A DNA stretch of 63,895 nt, counting the filler, from Reclinomonas americana ATCC 50394 (Eukaryota): NCBI GenBank assembly GCA_048213135.1. It is 37 parts of 37 records of this genome, joined end to end, with 100 filler letters (N's around TTAATTAATTAA, not from the genome) between each part and the next. Parts side by side here need not be neighbours in the genome. Positions count along the whole stretch, not along the records: positions 36,645 to 38,302 come from AFZH01025343.1; positions 38,403 to 40,058 come from AFZH01025344.1; positions 40,159 to 41,812 come from AFZH01025345.1; positions 41,913 to 43,566 come from AFZH01025346.1; positions 43,667 to 45,316 come from AFZH01025347.1; positions 45,417 to 47,065 come from AFZH01025350.1; positions 47,166 to 48,808 come from AFZH01025352.1; positions 48,909 to 50,556 come from AFZH01025353.1; 29 more parts are not named here. One strand, given 5' to 3'. Each line of letters starts with the position of its first letter. Position 1 is the first letter of the stretch. Positions 36,645 to 50,690 of this stretch are shown here, piece by piece. Under the pieces are notes generated by a model. It made no database searches and was not told the origin of the DNA. It saw only the letters and a list, made by a program, of their open reading frames with translations. Made by a program: the position numbers and the translations under genes.

Positions 36645-37572
36645 CTTCCTCCGAGATCTGCTTGGTGAACGGCGACGAGGTGAGCGACGCAAACGGCGTC
36701 TCTGGCACATCGGCCGACGTGGTGCCGGTAACGCGGAACGACTGCCGCAGCGATGGAATGGTGAACGACAGGAAGAAAAGGCCATGGGGCGAACAACACA
36801 CGCACGCACCGCCGTCTTTTTGCGTGCCAGCACCGAAGCCGACGGCGTGTTGGAGCGATTAGCACGACTGCAGCACACAGACTCGCTTCAGCGACAAAGT
36901 GACACAGATGCTGCACAGGGGAGAAGGGCACGCCGACCTCACAACGCTATCCACATGCTGCCGCGCCAACGTCGGCGTCGGCGTGTACGTGCCCGCCGGA
37001 TTCGCCACAACACTCGCAGCTCCCGCCCGCGATCGCTGCGGCGACGCACCACTTGCATCCATCGGCGACACCGACTGCTTCACCGAGCCCGCTCGCGTCG
37101 CCTCCTTGACCATGGCCGCAATCGATCCAGGCACCGGCGCCGCTGCAACTGCCACAGGAGGCGTCGAAGCAGCAGCAGCAGCAGCAGCAGTCGTCTCGCT
37201 CTTGGTGGTTGCTGGTTGTGGAGGCGGTGGTGCAGCAGAAGACGCACTGGAGGCATCGGCTGCTGCGGGGAGGTTCCACTGCACCATCTGATCAGAGCGG
37301 CGGCTGTAGTAGTATCGCCGCGTCTTTTTGTCGAAATGTTGCTGCCAACAGTGTCTACCCGCCCACCACACACACACAGCGCATGAGACACAATGAGGCG
37401 CAGAGAGTGTGCGCGCGCGCAACTCTTTGTCTTGCATGGTGGTGCCAGAGTAGTAAAACGTGCGATGACGCGTGGGGTGCACAAACACCTGGTAGCCAGC
37501 AGGAGGTGGCGGTGGTGGTGGCCGCTCCTCTTGCGTGGCCGCACTCGGCGGCGCATCGCTGGCCTCGCTCAT
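36645..37572 (-). CDS. WW-domain-containing protein, 5' part
   Basis: PAGYQVFVHPTRHRTFYY...DKE|HCWQQHFDKKTRRYYYSRRSDQMVQWNLP, with an intron at 37355-37423. Confidence 0.65.
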
Positions 37573-37726
37573 GAGTGTGCGCGTGTGAGAGTGAGTTTGG
37601 GACTCGCAGGACTGTCCAAGTCTCACACTCTGTGCTGAGAGAGGTTCGCGCGCACACGCATGCCTGTGTTCTGTGCACCGCAACGCTCACTACTCACTCA
37701 CCACTGTCACAGAGAGAGCAAGAGAA

Positions 37727-37990
37727 ATGGAACACCATCACTGCTCTCACATGGACGCATCATCGTCATCATCTTCATCGTCAATGATGATGGAGCACAT
37801 GCGCGTGGGCGAGATGAAGATGACCAGCATGACGTTTGACTATAGCGCAGACGTGGAGATTCTGTGGGATAGCTGGCACACTCGAGATGCGGGTCAACTC
37901 GTGGCCTCCATGTTGGCGCTCATGCTGATGGCCTTTGTGCAGCAGCTGTTCGCCGTCAAGATCGTGCCGTACTTGCGAAAGGTGAGCACA

Positions 37991-38032
<42 letters not shown>

Positions 38033-38302
38033 AGAGACAAGGGCCGAGATACGCTCTCACAGCGAGAGAGCGACGTGGCAGGAGATGTAGGCGACGCCTT
38101 ATCCTTCGCTTATCCGCACATTGTCGCCACAGGTGTGCCAGGACAGCATGCGCAGCGGGCACAACAAGAAGGACCTGACGACTCCGCTGCTGTCGCGCTC
38201 AAGGTACCTCAGTTGCTCACCTCGAGCTCCCCCAGCAAGCTGCTCAATCGTGATAATACTTCCAGTGATGGCGGTCTTTCTGTGCCTGCCTCGGCCTCGG
38301 CA
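37727..38302 (+). CDS. Ctr family copper transporter, 5' part
   Basis: His/Met-rich N-terminus MEHHHCSHM...MMMEHM...MKMTSMTF, then ILWDSWHT and TM1. Confidence 0.8.
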
Positions 38303-38402
38303 NNNNNNNNNNNNNNNNNNNNNNNNNNNNNNNNNNNNNNNNNNNNTTAATTAATTAANNNNNNNNNNNNNNNNNNNNNNNNNNNNNNNNNNNNNNNNNN
38401 NN

Positions 38403-40000
38403 CACACACACACAATCGAACCCCGTGAGTACAACCCTCGACAAAAAAACGAAAAAATCAGTGCAACGCAAACCACGCACCCATAGTCACAATGAACTCC
38501 AGCACATTTTCTGCCGTGAGAATCTGCGCCACGAGAAGCGAGTCGTAGAGGTACACGTTCAGCACCTCCTCTTGCGCAACGCCAAACAGCTTCAGCATGA
38601 CAATGATGAAGTAGATGTTGAATCCGGCACCGAAGAAACTCGAGTACGAGAACTCGATGAGAGCGTTGAGCCAGATGGCATTGATGAGGGAGATGCCAAT
38701 CAAGTGCAACCGTTTCCACCGCCGCGGGTGCCACGAATCTTCAGCACTCGTCGTCATCTTCTCCTCGTCCTTCACATCCGGAACAAACATTGGCGCCGAC
38801 ACAAACATCGTAAACAGGCCCATGACAAACGTTGCGGCACCGAACCGACCCCACTGCCAGATGGTCATCCTGCGAAGAAAAAGAGTCAGCAACAGCACAC
38901 AAACATAAAAAAACACGATTCGATGCACACGAGACACGCAACTGACTCTCAGTGACAACACCCACAAAGTTGTAGTCCGCAGGGGTACTCATGAACAGCT
39001 TCAGCGTGTATAGCAATATCGACATGATGAATAGGGCAAAGCCTACAGGCGCCACCGCAAGAATCGTGCCAATATTTTCCGGCGGCACAAAAGTCATCAG
39101 CGATCCCCACGCTCGCAGCGGGGCCTCGCGAGTCCACAAGATGAGGCGCACCGGCAGCCACACCATAATCGCAATGCAGACCACAACGACAATAACAGCC
39201 ACTTCCAGCATCAAGTACAGCGGCAGCTCCAACTCGAAGAGATTGAGCAAGTCAAAGAACGGCAGTGGTGTTAACTGAACTTGCAACACGTACTGGCCAG
39301 TGAACCCGGCCGAGCTTCGCGTGGTCAGAGACCTCTCATAAGGACTGGTGCTGCGACTCCGAGTGCGCGTGCTGGCACTCGAGCGCAGCGAGTCCGCAAT
39401 ACCGCTCTGCGTCGGTAGCGATGTGTCTTGCAACACCTTGCCCGACGAGTCGACCCACCGGTCGTAGGCCAGCGTGCCAGCAATCATGCGCTTCTTCGCC
39501 GTCGACATTTGCTGGTATTGAAGCGTCAGCGTAAACACGGTCGGAACTGCATCGGGCACTGGCGATGGATTGCTGACGGCCACAGGAATAAAAGTGGACG
39601 CGGTCGAGAAGAGCGTCTCCAGTGAAGCTGCGGCCGACGACTTCACCGGTAGCGGCGTCAAGCCGAACACCGTGGTTCCATCGTCCAACTCGAACCAGCG
39701 AGGGACGTCACTCGAGTCAAACGGCGACTCCTCAAACACACACGTCGTATTCAGAGCGCAAACATCAGCGACAGGCGACGCCAGAATGGTGAAGCTCGTC
39801 ACGGGCGACGTGCCTGCCGGCGGTACCAGCGTACACAAACTATTCTCCACCATCGAGTACAGATTGATGTACGAGTCGAAACCGACGCAGCGCGAGAAGA
39901 ACGGAAGCGCTGTGGAAATCGCAAAGTCGCGATTCGCCCAGAACTCCGAGCCGAGATCAGCAGGTCGCGCAAGCAGCGGAACATCGACACTGGGCTCGAA
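38403..40000 (-). CDS. Large multi-pass membrane protein fragment (copy A; copy B at 41913-43566)
   Basis: Long exon (ALPFFSRCVGFDSYINLY...LPFFDLLNLFEL plus TM helices). The intron at 38870-38942 joins it to MTIWQWGRFG.... Confidence 0.7.
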
Positions 40001-40158
40001 GCTGTGCGCAAGAGTAAGCAAGCGCACAAAGCATGAACGCCACGGAAAAAACAAAAACNNNNNNNNNNNNNNNNNNNNNNNNNNNNNNNNNNNNNNNNNN
40101 NNTTAATTAATTAANNNNNNNNNNNNNNNNNNNNNNNNNNNNNNNNNNNNNNNNNNNN

Positions 40159-41037
<879 letters not shown>

Positions 41038-41357
41038 TGCTGCTCTCCGCGATAAAGTCTAGTGTGAGTGTGAGTGTGTGTATGTGGTAAACGGCCGCAA
41101 GGTGGGAGTTTCTTCGCTCAATGCGCGTGATGAACGTGGACAGTTCACTCGTCGCTCGCCGGCGATTGTCTCTGTCCCGGCTCCCACAAACGGGACATCT
41201 TTCGCACGCGTTACATCGCGCGTCTGCTCTTCACACACGCGACTGTGCGTCTCTCTTGTGTGTACCCTTCTTCCTTCCTTTGTCTCTCTTTCTTTGTGTG
41301 TGTGAGTCTGTGCGCGCGCGCTTGTGTGTTGAGTGAGAGAGCAAGTGCGACACAAAA

Positions 41358-41812
41358 TGTTCTCGGGACGCGAGTCAAGTGGCGGCACCCGATCACCGTC
41401 CAAGCTCTCATCATCAACCTCCTCCTCATCATCATCATCAGCGAGCTCCTCACGCAGTGGCGCACTGTCATCGGGCTCTGGCATGGTGGTGGCCTCTCTG
41501 ACAACGACGACTCAGACGCAGCAGCATCATCAGCGACACCTGGAGCAACAACAGCTTCTCATGATGGAGATGTACGCGAACCGCCCGCGACACCGCTCCA
41601 TTGCCGCCTCAGCGCGCGTGTGGGAGAGCGCCACGCGCGGTGCCGCCATGTCATCCCGCGCAACAACGCCGACAACAACACCAGCGTCTTCTCCTCCGCC
41701 TCCGTCTTCATTACCGTCACTATCAAGCAGGCAGCAGCAGCAGCAGCAGCCACGGAGTAGTCATCATCATCAACATCATCATTCTCCACAGCAACAGCAG
41801 CAGCAGCAGCAG
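41358..41812 (+). CDS. Ser/Gln-rich protein N-terminus, divergent from RUVBL2
   Basis: MFSGRESSGG... stays open to the contig end. Confidence 0.5.
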
Positions 41813-41912
41813 NNNNNNNNNNNNNNNNNNNNNNNNNNNNNNNNNNNNNNNNNNNNTTAATTAATTAANNNNNNNNNNNNNNNNNNNNNNNNNNNNNNNN
41901 NNNNNNNNNNNN

Positions 41913-43510
41913 CACACACACACAATCGAACCCCGTGAGTACAACCCTCGACAAAAAAACGAAAAAAATCAGTGCAACGCAAACCACGCACCCATAGTCA
42001 CAATGAACTCCAGCACATTTTCTGCCGTGAGAATCTGCGCCACGAGAAGCGAGTCGTAGAGGTACACGTTCAGCACCTCCTCTTGCGCAACACCAAACAG
42101 CTTCAGCATGACAATGATGAAGTAGATGTTGAATCCGGCACCGAAGAAACTCGAGTACGAGAACTCGATGAGAGCGTTGAGCCAGATGGCATTGATGAGG
42201 GAAATGCCAATCAAGTGCAGCCGTTTCCACCGCCGCGGGTGCCACGAATCTTCAGCACTCGTCGTCATCTTCTCCTCGTCCTTCACATCCGGAACAAACA
42301 TTGGTGCCGACACAAACATCGTAAACAGGCCCATGACAAACGTTGCGGCACCGAACCGACCCCACTGCCAGATGGTCATCCTGCACCAAGGAAAAAAGAG
42401 TCAGCAACATAAAAAACAAGATTCGATGCACACAAGACACGCAACTGACTCTCAGTGACAACACCCACAAAGTTGTAGTCCGCAGGAGTGCTCATGAACA
42501 GCTTCAGCGTGTATAGCAATATCGACATGATGAATAGGGCAAAGCCTACAGGCGCCACCGCAAGAATCGTGCCAATATTTTCCGGCGGCACAAACGTCAT
42601 CAGCGATCCCCACGCTCGCAGCGGGGCCTCGCGAGTCCACAAGATGAGGCGCACCGGCAGCCACACCATAATCGCAATGCAGACCACAACGACAATAACA
42701 GCCACCTCCAGCATCAAGTACAGCGGCAGCTCCAACTCGAACAGGTTGAGCAAGTCAAAGAACGGCAGCGGCGTCAACTTGACTTGCAACACGTACTGGC
42801 CAGTGAACCCGGCCGAGCTTCGCGTGGTCAGAGACCTCTCATAAGAACTGGTGCTGCGACTCCGAGTGCGCGTGCTGGCACTCGAGCGCAGCGAGTCTGC
42901 AATACCGCTCTGCGTCGGCAATGACTTGTCTTGCAACACCTTGCCCGACGAGTCGACCCACCGGTCGTAGGCCAGCGTGCCAGCAATCATGCGCTTCTTC
43001 ACCGTCGACATTTGCTGGTACTGAAGCGTCAGCGTAAACACAGTCGGCACCGCGTTAGGTACCGGCGACAGATTGCTGACGGCGACGGGAATAAAGGTGG
43101 ACGCGGTCGAGAAGAGCGTCTCCAGTGAAGCTGCGGCCGACGACTTCACCGGTAGCGGCGTCAAGCCGAACACCGTGGTTCCATCGTCCAACTCGAACCA
43201 GCGAGGAACGTCACTCGAGGCAAACGGCGACTCCTCAAACACACACGTCGTATTCAGTGCGCAGACATCAGCGACAGGCGACGCCAGAATGGTGAAGCTC
43301 GTCACGGGCGACGTGCCTGCCGGCGGTACCAGCGTACACAAACTATTCTCCACTATCGAGTACAGATTGATGTACGAGTCAAAACCGACGCAGCGCGAGA
43401 AGAACGGAAGCGCTGTGGAAATCGCAAAGTCGCGATTCGCCCAGAACTCCGAGCCGAGATCAGCAGGTCGCGCAAGCAGCGGAGCATCGACACTGGGCTC
43501 GAAGCTGTGC
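41913..43510 (-). CDS. Multi-pass membrane protein fragment, copy B
   Basis: Colinear with 38403-40058, with mostly synonymous differences. Confidence 0.7.
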
Positions 43511-44099
43511 GGGGCAGGGCGCCAAGAGTAAGCAAGCGCACAAATCATGAACGCCACGGAAAAAACNNNNNNNNNNNNNNNNNNNNNNNNNNNNNNNNNN
43601 NNNNNNNNNNTTAATTAATTAANNNNNNNNNNNNNNNNNNNNNNNNNNNNNNNNNNNNNNNNNNNNACCAACATCGGCACCACCGTCGTCGTCCTCGAAC
43701 CGTTACCACTACGAATACAAGAGGAGACCGGCGTGGCATCGATACATCAAGTACTACATTGCATGGTTCCTGGTGGCGTGTGCGGTGCAGTGTTTTTTCA
43801 TTTTCCTCGGCTATCTGTTGCGTGCACGGCGTCGCAGTGTACGGGTGGCAGCTTTCTCTCACTGTGCCACAGAAAAACAAGCATGACGACGCGGTTCTTG
43901 GTGGTTGGCGGAGGTCTGCTGTGGTGTGCTGCGTGCGCTGTGCTGGCGGCATCTCACGTACTCTGCAGTGTGGATTGTGTATGCTGTGTTGGTGACCATC
44001 TTCAGCTCGGATAACACAAAGCTGGAAGTCGCCTTTGTGTACGCTGTGTTGGTGGTGGCCAGTGTTGCGGGTATTGCGGGGCAGTATAGTTGCGTGACA

Positions 44100-44720
44100 C
44101 GAAGAGGAAGTGTGTTGGGGGAGGGTTGTCTCGCAGAGCAGTAGAGTACGCAGCGGTGGAAAGTATTGGGGAAAGGGTGTCTGAAGGAGAGTGCACTCAG
44201 CGGAAAGTGCGTTAGGAAGGGTGTCTCAATGAGCGGAAGAAGAGTGCACAGTGACGGGAAGATTGTTGTGGGCAAGGTGTCTCCACGAGCAGAAGAGTAC
44301 ACATCGGCGGGAAGTGTGTTGTGGGAAAGGTGTTTCTATGAGCAGAAGAGTACACAGCGACGAGAAGTGTGTTGGGGGAAGAGTGTCTCAATGAGCAGCA
44401 GGGTGCACAACGGCGGAAATCGTGTTGTAGGAAGGGTGTCTCAATGAGCAGAAGGGTACACAGCGACGAGAAGTGTGTTGGGGGAAGTGTGTCTCAATGA
44501 GCAGCAGGGTGCACAACGGCGGGAAGTGTGATGTCTGAAGGGTGTCTCAATGAGCGGAAGAAGAGTGCACAGCGGCGGAAAGTGTGTCATGGAGACCATG
44601 AGCAGAAGGGTACACATCAGCGGAAAGTTGTAGGAAGGGTGTCTCAATGAGCGGAAGAAGAGTACACATCGGAGGGAAGATTGTTATGGGAAAGGTGTCT
44701 CAATGAGTACACAGCGACGT
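44100..44720. repeat. Degenerate ~55-nt tandem minisatellite, about 11-12 units
   Basis: Recurring GGTGTCTCAATGAGC...AGAGTRCACA...GAAGTGTGTTG with indels that break any reading frame. Confidence 0.85.
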
Positions 44721-45416
44721 CGGATGCGCCGCTGCACGACATACATCAAGGCATCATGCTCGTCAGTAATCCGTTGTCGTTTCTCTCGCAGATTTCGCGT
44801 ACTATGCCGCTGTGCGAGATTGGCAAATATATAACAACGGGCAACCTACAACGCTGCTGGCGATGCGGCAGGCTGCGCTGGCTGGTGAGTAATCCCGTCT
44901 CATATTTCTTGAACGACCACGCATGCTCCTGTCAGCGACTCATGCTTGCCCAGGCACTGCCAACGAGTTCCGATTGACGGAGACACCGTACGTGCCCAGC
45001 GGCGAGTTCTATGCGCATACTGAGGGTGCCGGAAGTGTCAAGGGCACTCAGTAGTTCCGTGTTGCCTTGACGCCGCACTCGCTCTGTATGTCACCCTTCT
45101 CACTTTTACATTGGCTCCACTCAGTTACAACTATTGGTGCGTCGCTTCTCACGCTCGATTCCGGTTTGCATACTTCTCTCACTCGTGACACTGAACAGGT
45201 GTCTTGCTCCATTTTACTCGTCCGCCGAGGCGGAGAAATCAGGCGAGGGTGTGTTGGTGAGTGTGCACTGGAAGGACTTACCGCTTTGCCTTGCACCACC
45301 GTGTTCACCACTTTGTNNNNNNNNNNNNNNNNNNNNNNNNNNNNNNNNNNNNNNNNNNNNTTAATTAATTAANNNNNNNNNNNNNNNNNNNNNNNNNNNN
45401 NNNNNNNNNNNNNNNN

Positions 45417-45453
<37 letters not shown>

Positions 45454-45717
45454 GAGAGATACATACACATGCACGCACCCTCACCTGGCTCACTCATGCG
45501 ATACACAACGAAAACAAAGGAGGCGGACAAGGGATGGATCAATCAAAAACGTCCACCATGTTGCTTTATGATCTATCTTTTTTTCTCTTTTTCGCTATCG
45601 ATGCTGTGTAGTTGTATGTTGTACAAAAGTTGGTGGTTCTCGCTGCGTGTTGGTCAGCGGGGTCGTAGCTGGTAAACAGCCACTGGGGGTACTCTCTCTC
45701 ACTTTCTCCAATCCACT

Positions 45718-47065
45718 TCATCCGAGCAGAGCAGCTTCGACGTCGGCTGCCACCTCGTCTCGTGAGCGCTCCGAGTTGATGAGGATCAGCCGCGTGCCTG
45801 ACTCGAAGTGCCGGATGACGGGTATTGTCAGCTCGTGGAAGGTCTTGAGGCGTTTCGCGATCGATTCGGCGTTGTCATCGACGCGCCTGCGGGAGAACAA
45901 CACAAAGTCAGTCAGCGAGGCACAAGAGGGATGCATCTCATCGTAAATATGAACTCACCCACTCGACTTGCCACGCTCCAGCAACCGCTTCACCAGTTCC
46001 TCGTCCGAGCACACAAAGTACAAGCATGCCTGTGCCCTTGTCACCTGCATGGCCACGAACATGAGAAAGTGGGAGTGCTGGCAATAACGCTGACCAGGTT
46101 GAGTGCAACAGAGAACGAGAGAGAGCAACCAGTGGGCAGAGTGCGAAGAAGAGAAACCAAAATGCATACTGTCTCAGTCGCTCATTTCCGCACACTCGAC
46201 ACACGCACACAACAATCCTCAGTCTGTAGTCTCTTATTTGTTGCTCTCTCTCTCACGCACACACACACGCACACATACATACATACATACACACACTCTC
46301 TCTTTGCACCCGTCTGCAGATCTCGCTCGCTCTCGGTCCACCCTTCGCCTTCCTCTCCTCAGTGCGATCTTTCGTTTCCTTACCCCGCTCCTTGACTCAC
46401 ACATACACACAGGCCCTCTGTCTGTCTCTCTTTCTGGCTCTTTCTGCGCTTACAGCCTCTCCAGCTCTCAGCAGATTTTCCATTTCCAGATCCACCCTCC
46501 TTCTTCCTCTTCTGTGTGAGCCCCAAAGCATCCCTCGCCCGCTGTCTTCTCCCTTTCTCTCTCTCCTCTCTCTCGCTCGCTCGCTCGCCCTTTCTCTGTT
46601 TCTCTCCCCAGCTCTCTTTCTTTCCCGGTCCCTCCTCCACCTTTCTCTCCTCTTCAGCGCGCGTTCCTTTTTTCCATTCTCTGTCACGCAAGCACACAAC
46701 AATCCTCGGTCTGTCTCTATATCTCGCTCGTTCCCCAGTTTGCTCCCTCTCCAGCTCTCAGCAGATCTTCCACTCTTCTCTCTCTGTGTATGTGTGTGTA
46801 TGTGTGTGTTCCGCACCATCCCTCACCCCTTTCCATCACCCTTCTCAGTCGAAACTAGTCCACAGTCACCGCTCTTCTATTTCATCTCCCCCGTCTGCAT
46901 TTCTTTCTCACTTGCATACTCTGCTCTCCTTTCCCTCCCTCTCCCTTCCACCCTCTCCCTTGCGCCCCCACCCACCTGACTCTCAAACGCCTCACACTGA
47001 TCGACCGCACGCGGGAACCCATCAATCAAAAACGTGACGGCCTTTGCCGCCACCGCTCCCTCCTG
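45718..47065 (-). CDS. UMP-CMP/adenylate kinase family, 3' exons
   Basis: VLIDGFPRAVDQCEAFE|...LVKRLLERGKSSG|RVDDNAESIAKRLKTF. Short LID. Introns at 46045-46975 and 45887-45958. Confidence 0.92.
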
Positions 47066-47422
47066 NNNNNNNNNNNNNNNNNNNNNNNNNNNNNNNNNNN
47101 NNNNNNNNNTTAATTAATTAANNNNNNNNNNNNNNNNNNNNNNNNNNNNNNNNNNNNNNNNNNNNGAGAGAGAGAGAGAAGTTGGGCGTGGACATTGAGA
47201 GAGAGAGAGAGAGACACACAATTAAAAGAGCAGCGAAACTATTGCGATAGGAGGGTCAGGGCAGCGAGAGAAAGAGAGAGAGGGAGAAAAGGAGGCATAT
47301 ACAGAGAGAGGAACTGAGTGAATACAGAAAGCAGAACGGCGAACTGACAACAGATGCGGTCCCAGAGACGTACCCTGGTGATGCTGTGTGCCAGGATATC
47401 CTCTGCGGGGGCAAAAAAAGAG

Positions 47423-48147
47423 TCAGAATACGCAGCCAAACACAGTTTTCGTGGTCGACACCTCACCATTGCGCATAACAAAGCCGTCCATGAACCTTCG
47501 TAGTCTCTTCCAGTTCTCCGTCTCGCGGGCCACAAACACAAACAACAAGCGTCCTTCCTCCTCTTGCACCGCCGTCAGCGACGGGTGTGCCTCGCCCACC
47601 GCCTCAAACAACCGCGTGCACAACTGGCGCCGGTACGACAGTCGCTTCCGCTTCTCCATTTCTCGACCGCGCGCACCGGGACGGAACGGACCACCAATGA
47701 TCCGCGCCTTTTCCTCCAGCTCTTGCTGCTTGCGCGAGATTTCCATTTCCACGAACGGTGTCTGCTTGTACCTGTAGATCCGCGACAGTGCGTGTGAGAA
47801 GTGGGGAGGAAAGGAATGGGGGGTTGTGAGTGTGGAAGCGCAACTCGAACGGCTCAAATGTCGTGCCTGCGCTGACGAGCTTTTGCGGCAGGAACGGACC
47901 GCTGAGGAACGGCTGCTTCGGTGGTGGGTCTCGTCGGTCGTTCACCACGTAAGTGAACTCGGAAAAGTGCTGTTTCCGACCCGTGTAGGGGCTCGACGGG
48001 GAGGCGGCGGCACGTGATGGACTTGTCGACTTGACGCTGGGGGAGAAGGCCGACGGAGATGACTTGTGAGGGGGGCTCGATTGGGCGGCGACGGTGGCCG
48101 CCGTTTGTGGTGAGGTGACCTCCAGCTGGCGCAGTTGCTTGACTGCA
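47423..48147 (-). CDS. Spliced hypothetical protein fragment
   Basis: Exons HFSEFTYVVND...PFLSGPFLPQKL and YKQTPFVEMEISRKQQELEEKARIIGGPFRPG. Family not identified. Confidence 0.45.
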
Positions 48148-48750
48148 GAGGGGGGTGAGAAGGGGGGAGGGGAAAGGGGAAGGGGGAAGGAGGGGAAGGT
48201 ACGCAACAGCTGATGGTGGACCACGTGGTCATGATCTCCTCCGTGGGTTTGTTGGAGTAGCTTCTCTGACGGGCTGTGAGGGGGGAAGAAAATGAGAAAG
48301 GGTGAAAGGGAGAGAGATGAAGGGAACAAAGTCTCTCTCTTCTCTTTAGTCGGCAAGGAGAGAAAGAAGTGAACACGCGATACTCCTTGTTCGTGAGAAG
48401 TCATAGCAATGGATCACGTGGACCATCGAGTGACAGAGGCTGGCAAGGACAGAGCAAGCACACAACACGAAGAGAGGCACAACCGTGGCATCTTGCCTCT
48501 CTGGTTCTCTCACAGTGTTCGCGGCACGGTATTTCCTTGCTCGTCGGTGTGCTGGCGATACGGAACAGGAAATACCGCAGCACAGCACTGTTCGCTCCAC
48601 TCTCACAAATCGCCGCCGGAGAGCAGGCATCTATCGTGTTATAGTGCTCATCTCTTTCTCACTTCTGTAGCATTCTCTCGCTCATTCTGTGCGCCAGCGA
48701 GACGGAACAGGAAAGCCAGCCTCGTTCTCCTCGCACTAAGCTCATTCTCA

Positions 48751-48796
<46 letters not shown>

Positions 48797-48908
48797 CTCT
48801 CTCTCTCTNNNNNNNNNNNNNNNNNNNNNNNNNNNNNNNNNNNNNNNNNNNNTTAATTAATTAANNNNNNNNNNNNNNNNNNNNNNNNNNNNNNNNNNNN
48901 NNNNNNNN

Positions 48909-50046
48909 GTCCACAGTGACCATGTACGAGGCGTACGCCCTGGACACGGTGCTGGACGACGCTCGCTCCGCCTCGGCCTGGACCGGTCGCACCGTGACAT
49001 TCAACACCGAGCCACAGTCGCCAACGCGGCCGTTCAGCTCGGGTGAGCCACGTGATCGGTCACTCGCTTCGTCGCTGCACATTGGCGGGAAGCAGCGCGC
49101 CCCATCGGCCGCGCCTGCCGTGCCCGGCGGTCAGCGGCACATGTCGAACCACGTGCGTCTGCTGCGCGAATGGCGCATGTCGCAGCCGCAAGTGCAAGTC
49201 GGCGAAGAGACGGAACTGGCCGTGCAAGCTGAGCACATCCAGACGGCCTTGGCGGCCGCAGTGACCGACTATGTGGAGGCGAGACGCACGAGCACTCTGT
49301 CGAACCAGCAGCAGAATCGACAACCGCTGCCCATTCCCGTGCAAATGCACCAGCAACAACAACTCCAGCAGCAGCAACAGCAAGCTTCGCGTCGCCACGA
49401 TGATTCATCGTCGCCCGCACCGCCCTCTGGCGGCATGGGATTCCTTCCGCCGGTGGTGGCCGGTCATGCTGCTGGCCGGACGCAGTCGCATAGCGCGTCG
49501 CCGACCAGGCGTCGCTTCCGATCGACCATGCCCGTCGATCCCACTCGCTGCGTGTACATTCTCGATTGCGAGCAGCCCGATTCCTCCGCCACCGTGCACC
49601 ACATCACCAACTCGTCCATGCCGGTCCACCGACCGCTCCTCGCCGGCAGCCTGGACACCGGGCAAGTGGAGGCGCTGCGCAAAATCTCCGAGACACACGT
49701 GTCACACGCACCTGCTCCGCCGCCGCACTACCAGCGCCCGACAGCATCACGACGCCCGCAACTGGCGCCGTTGCCGCCGTCGAGCAACCAGTCGCGAATG
49801 CAGTCGACCCTTACACAGGCCTACCAGGCGGTGTACTCGTTGCCGCCGAGGACAACTGCTGCCTCCTCCACCACGTCGCGCACAGTGCCGAGCTCACGAT
49901 CGCCGTCGCCGCACTCACAGTTCGGTGGTCGGCGTCAGCGATATGTGGCATCGCTGGACGCGTACCCAGTCAGTGGTGGGCGAGGGCACGGATTGGCCGA
50001 GTCGATCGGGTCGTTCTACATGTCGTCCTCCGCGGCGCAGCGTTGA
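48909..50046 (+). CDS. S/P/Q-rich protein, copy B of 21270-22410
   Basis: Same contig start and same protein, one Gln shorter. Confidence 0.7.
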
Positions 50047-50690
50047 GGAACAAGTAATGAATAATGCCATCAGTTCAAAAAAAATCAAAGGAGCAAGGGG
50101 GAGTGATTCATTCGAGGGAGAAATGTTGGGGCGAAAGAGCTGCGGCAAAGGGGTGGAGTGAGACAGTGGAGAAAGAGGAGCGGAATGCAAAACGACTCAC
50201 CTGCATCGCTGATTACTGGAAGAGCGACTTGAGCCAGCATGCCTTCTCGGCAGACTCCTCCTCGTCGGCTGGCGGCACGTATCGCGACCGGAACATCCAC
50301 GGCAAGTCGTGTTTCACACCAAACGACGGCATGCGATCCCACTGCTCCGCCAGGTGCACGTACCAGTCTTCGTCGCAGAACTTCTTCACCGGCTTGTCGA
50401 GGCACGACTCGGCAAGTGCATCGCAATAGCCCTTGATGAGCTCGCTCGGCACGCGCACACCGCGCGGCCAGTGGTAGATGAGGAGGATGAGGTCGGCGCA
50501 TGGCTTTTTCTCTGCGGAGAGAAGGGTGAGAAATCAAAACAGGAGAGAGGAAGTACNNNNNNNNNNNNNNNNNNNNNNNNNNNNNNNNNNNNNNNNNNNN
50601 TTAATTAATTAANNNNNNNNNNNNNNNNNNNNNNNNNNNNNNNNNNNNNNNNNNNNCACACACACACACGCGCGCGCGCATACGGGCAGA

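Noticed and set aside
44100..44720. CRISPR array or tandem hammerhead ribozymes
   Set aside because: There are no unique spacers (whole units are homologous) and no cas genes. CTCAATGAG does not match the CUGANGA core with the required stems.
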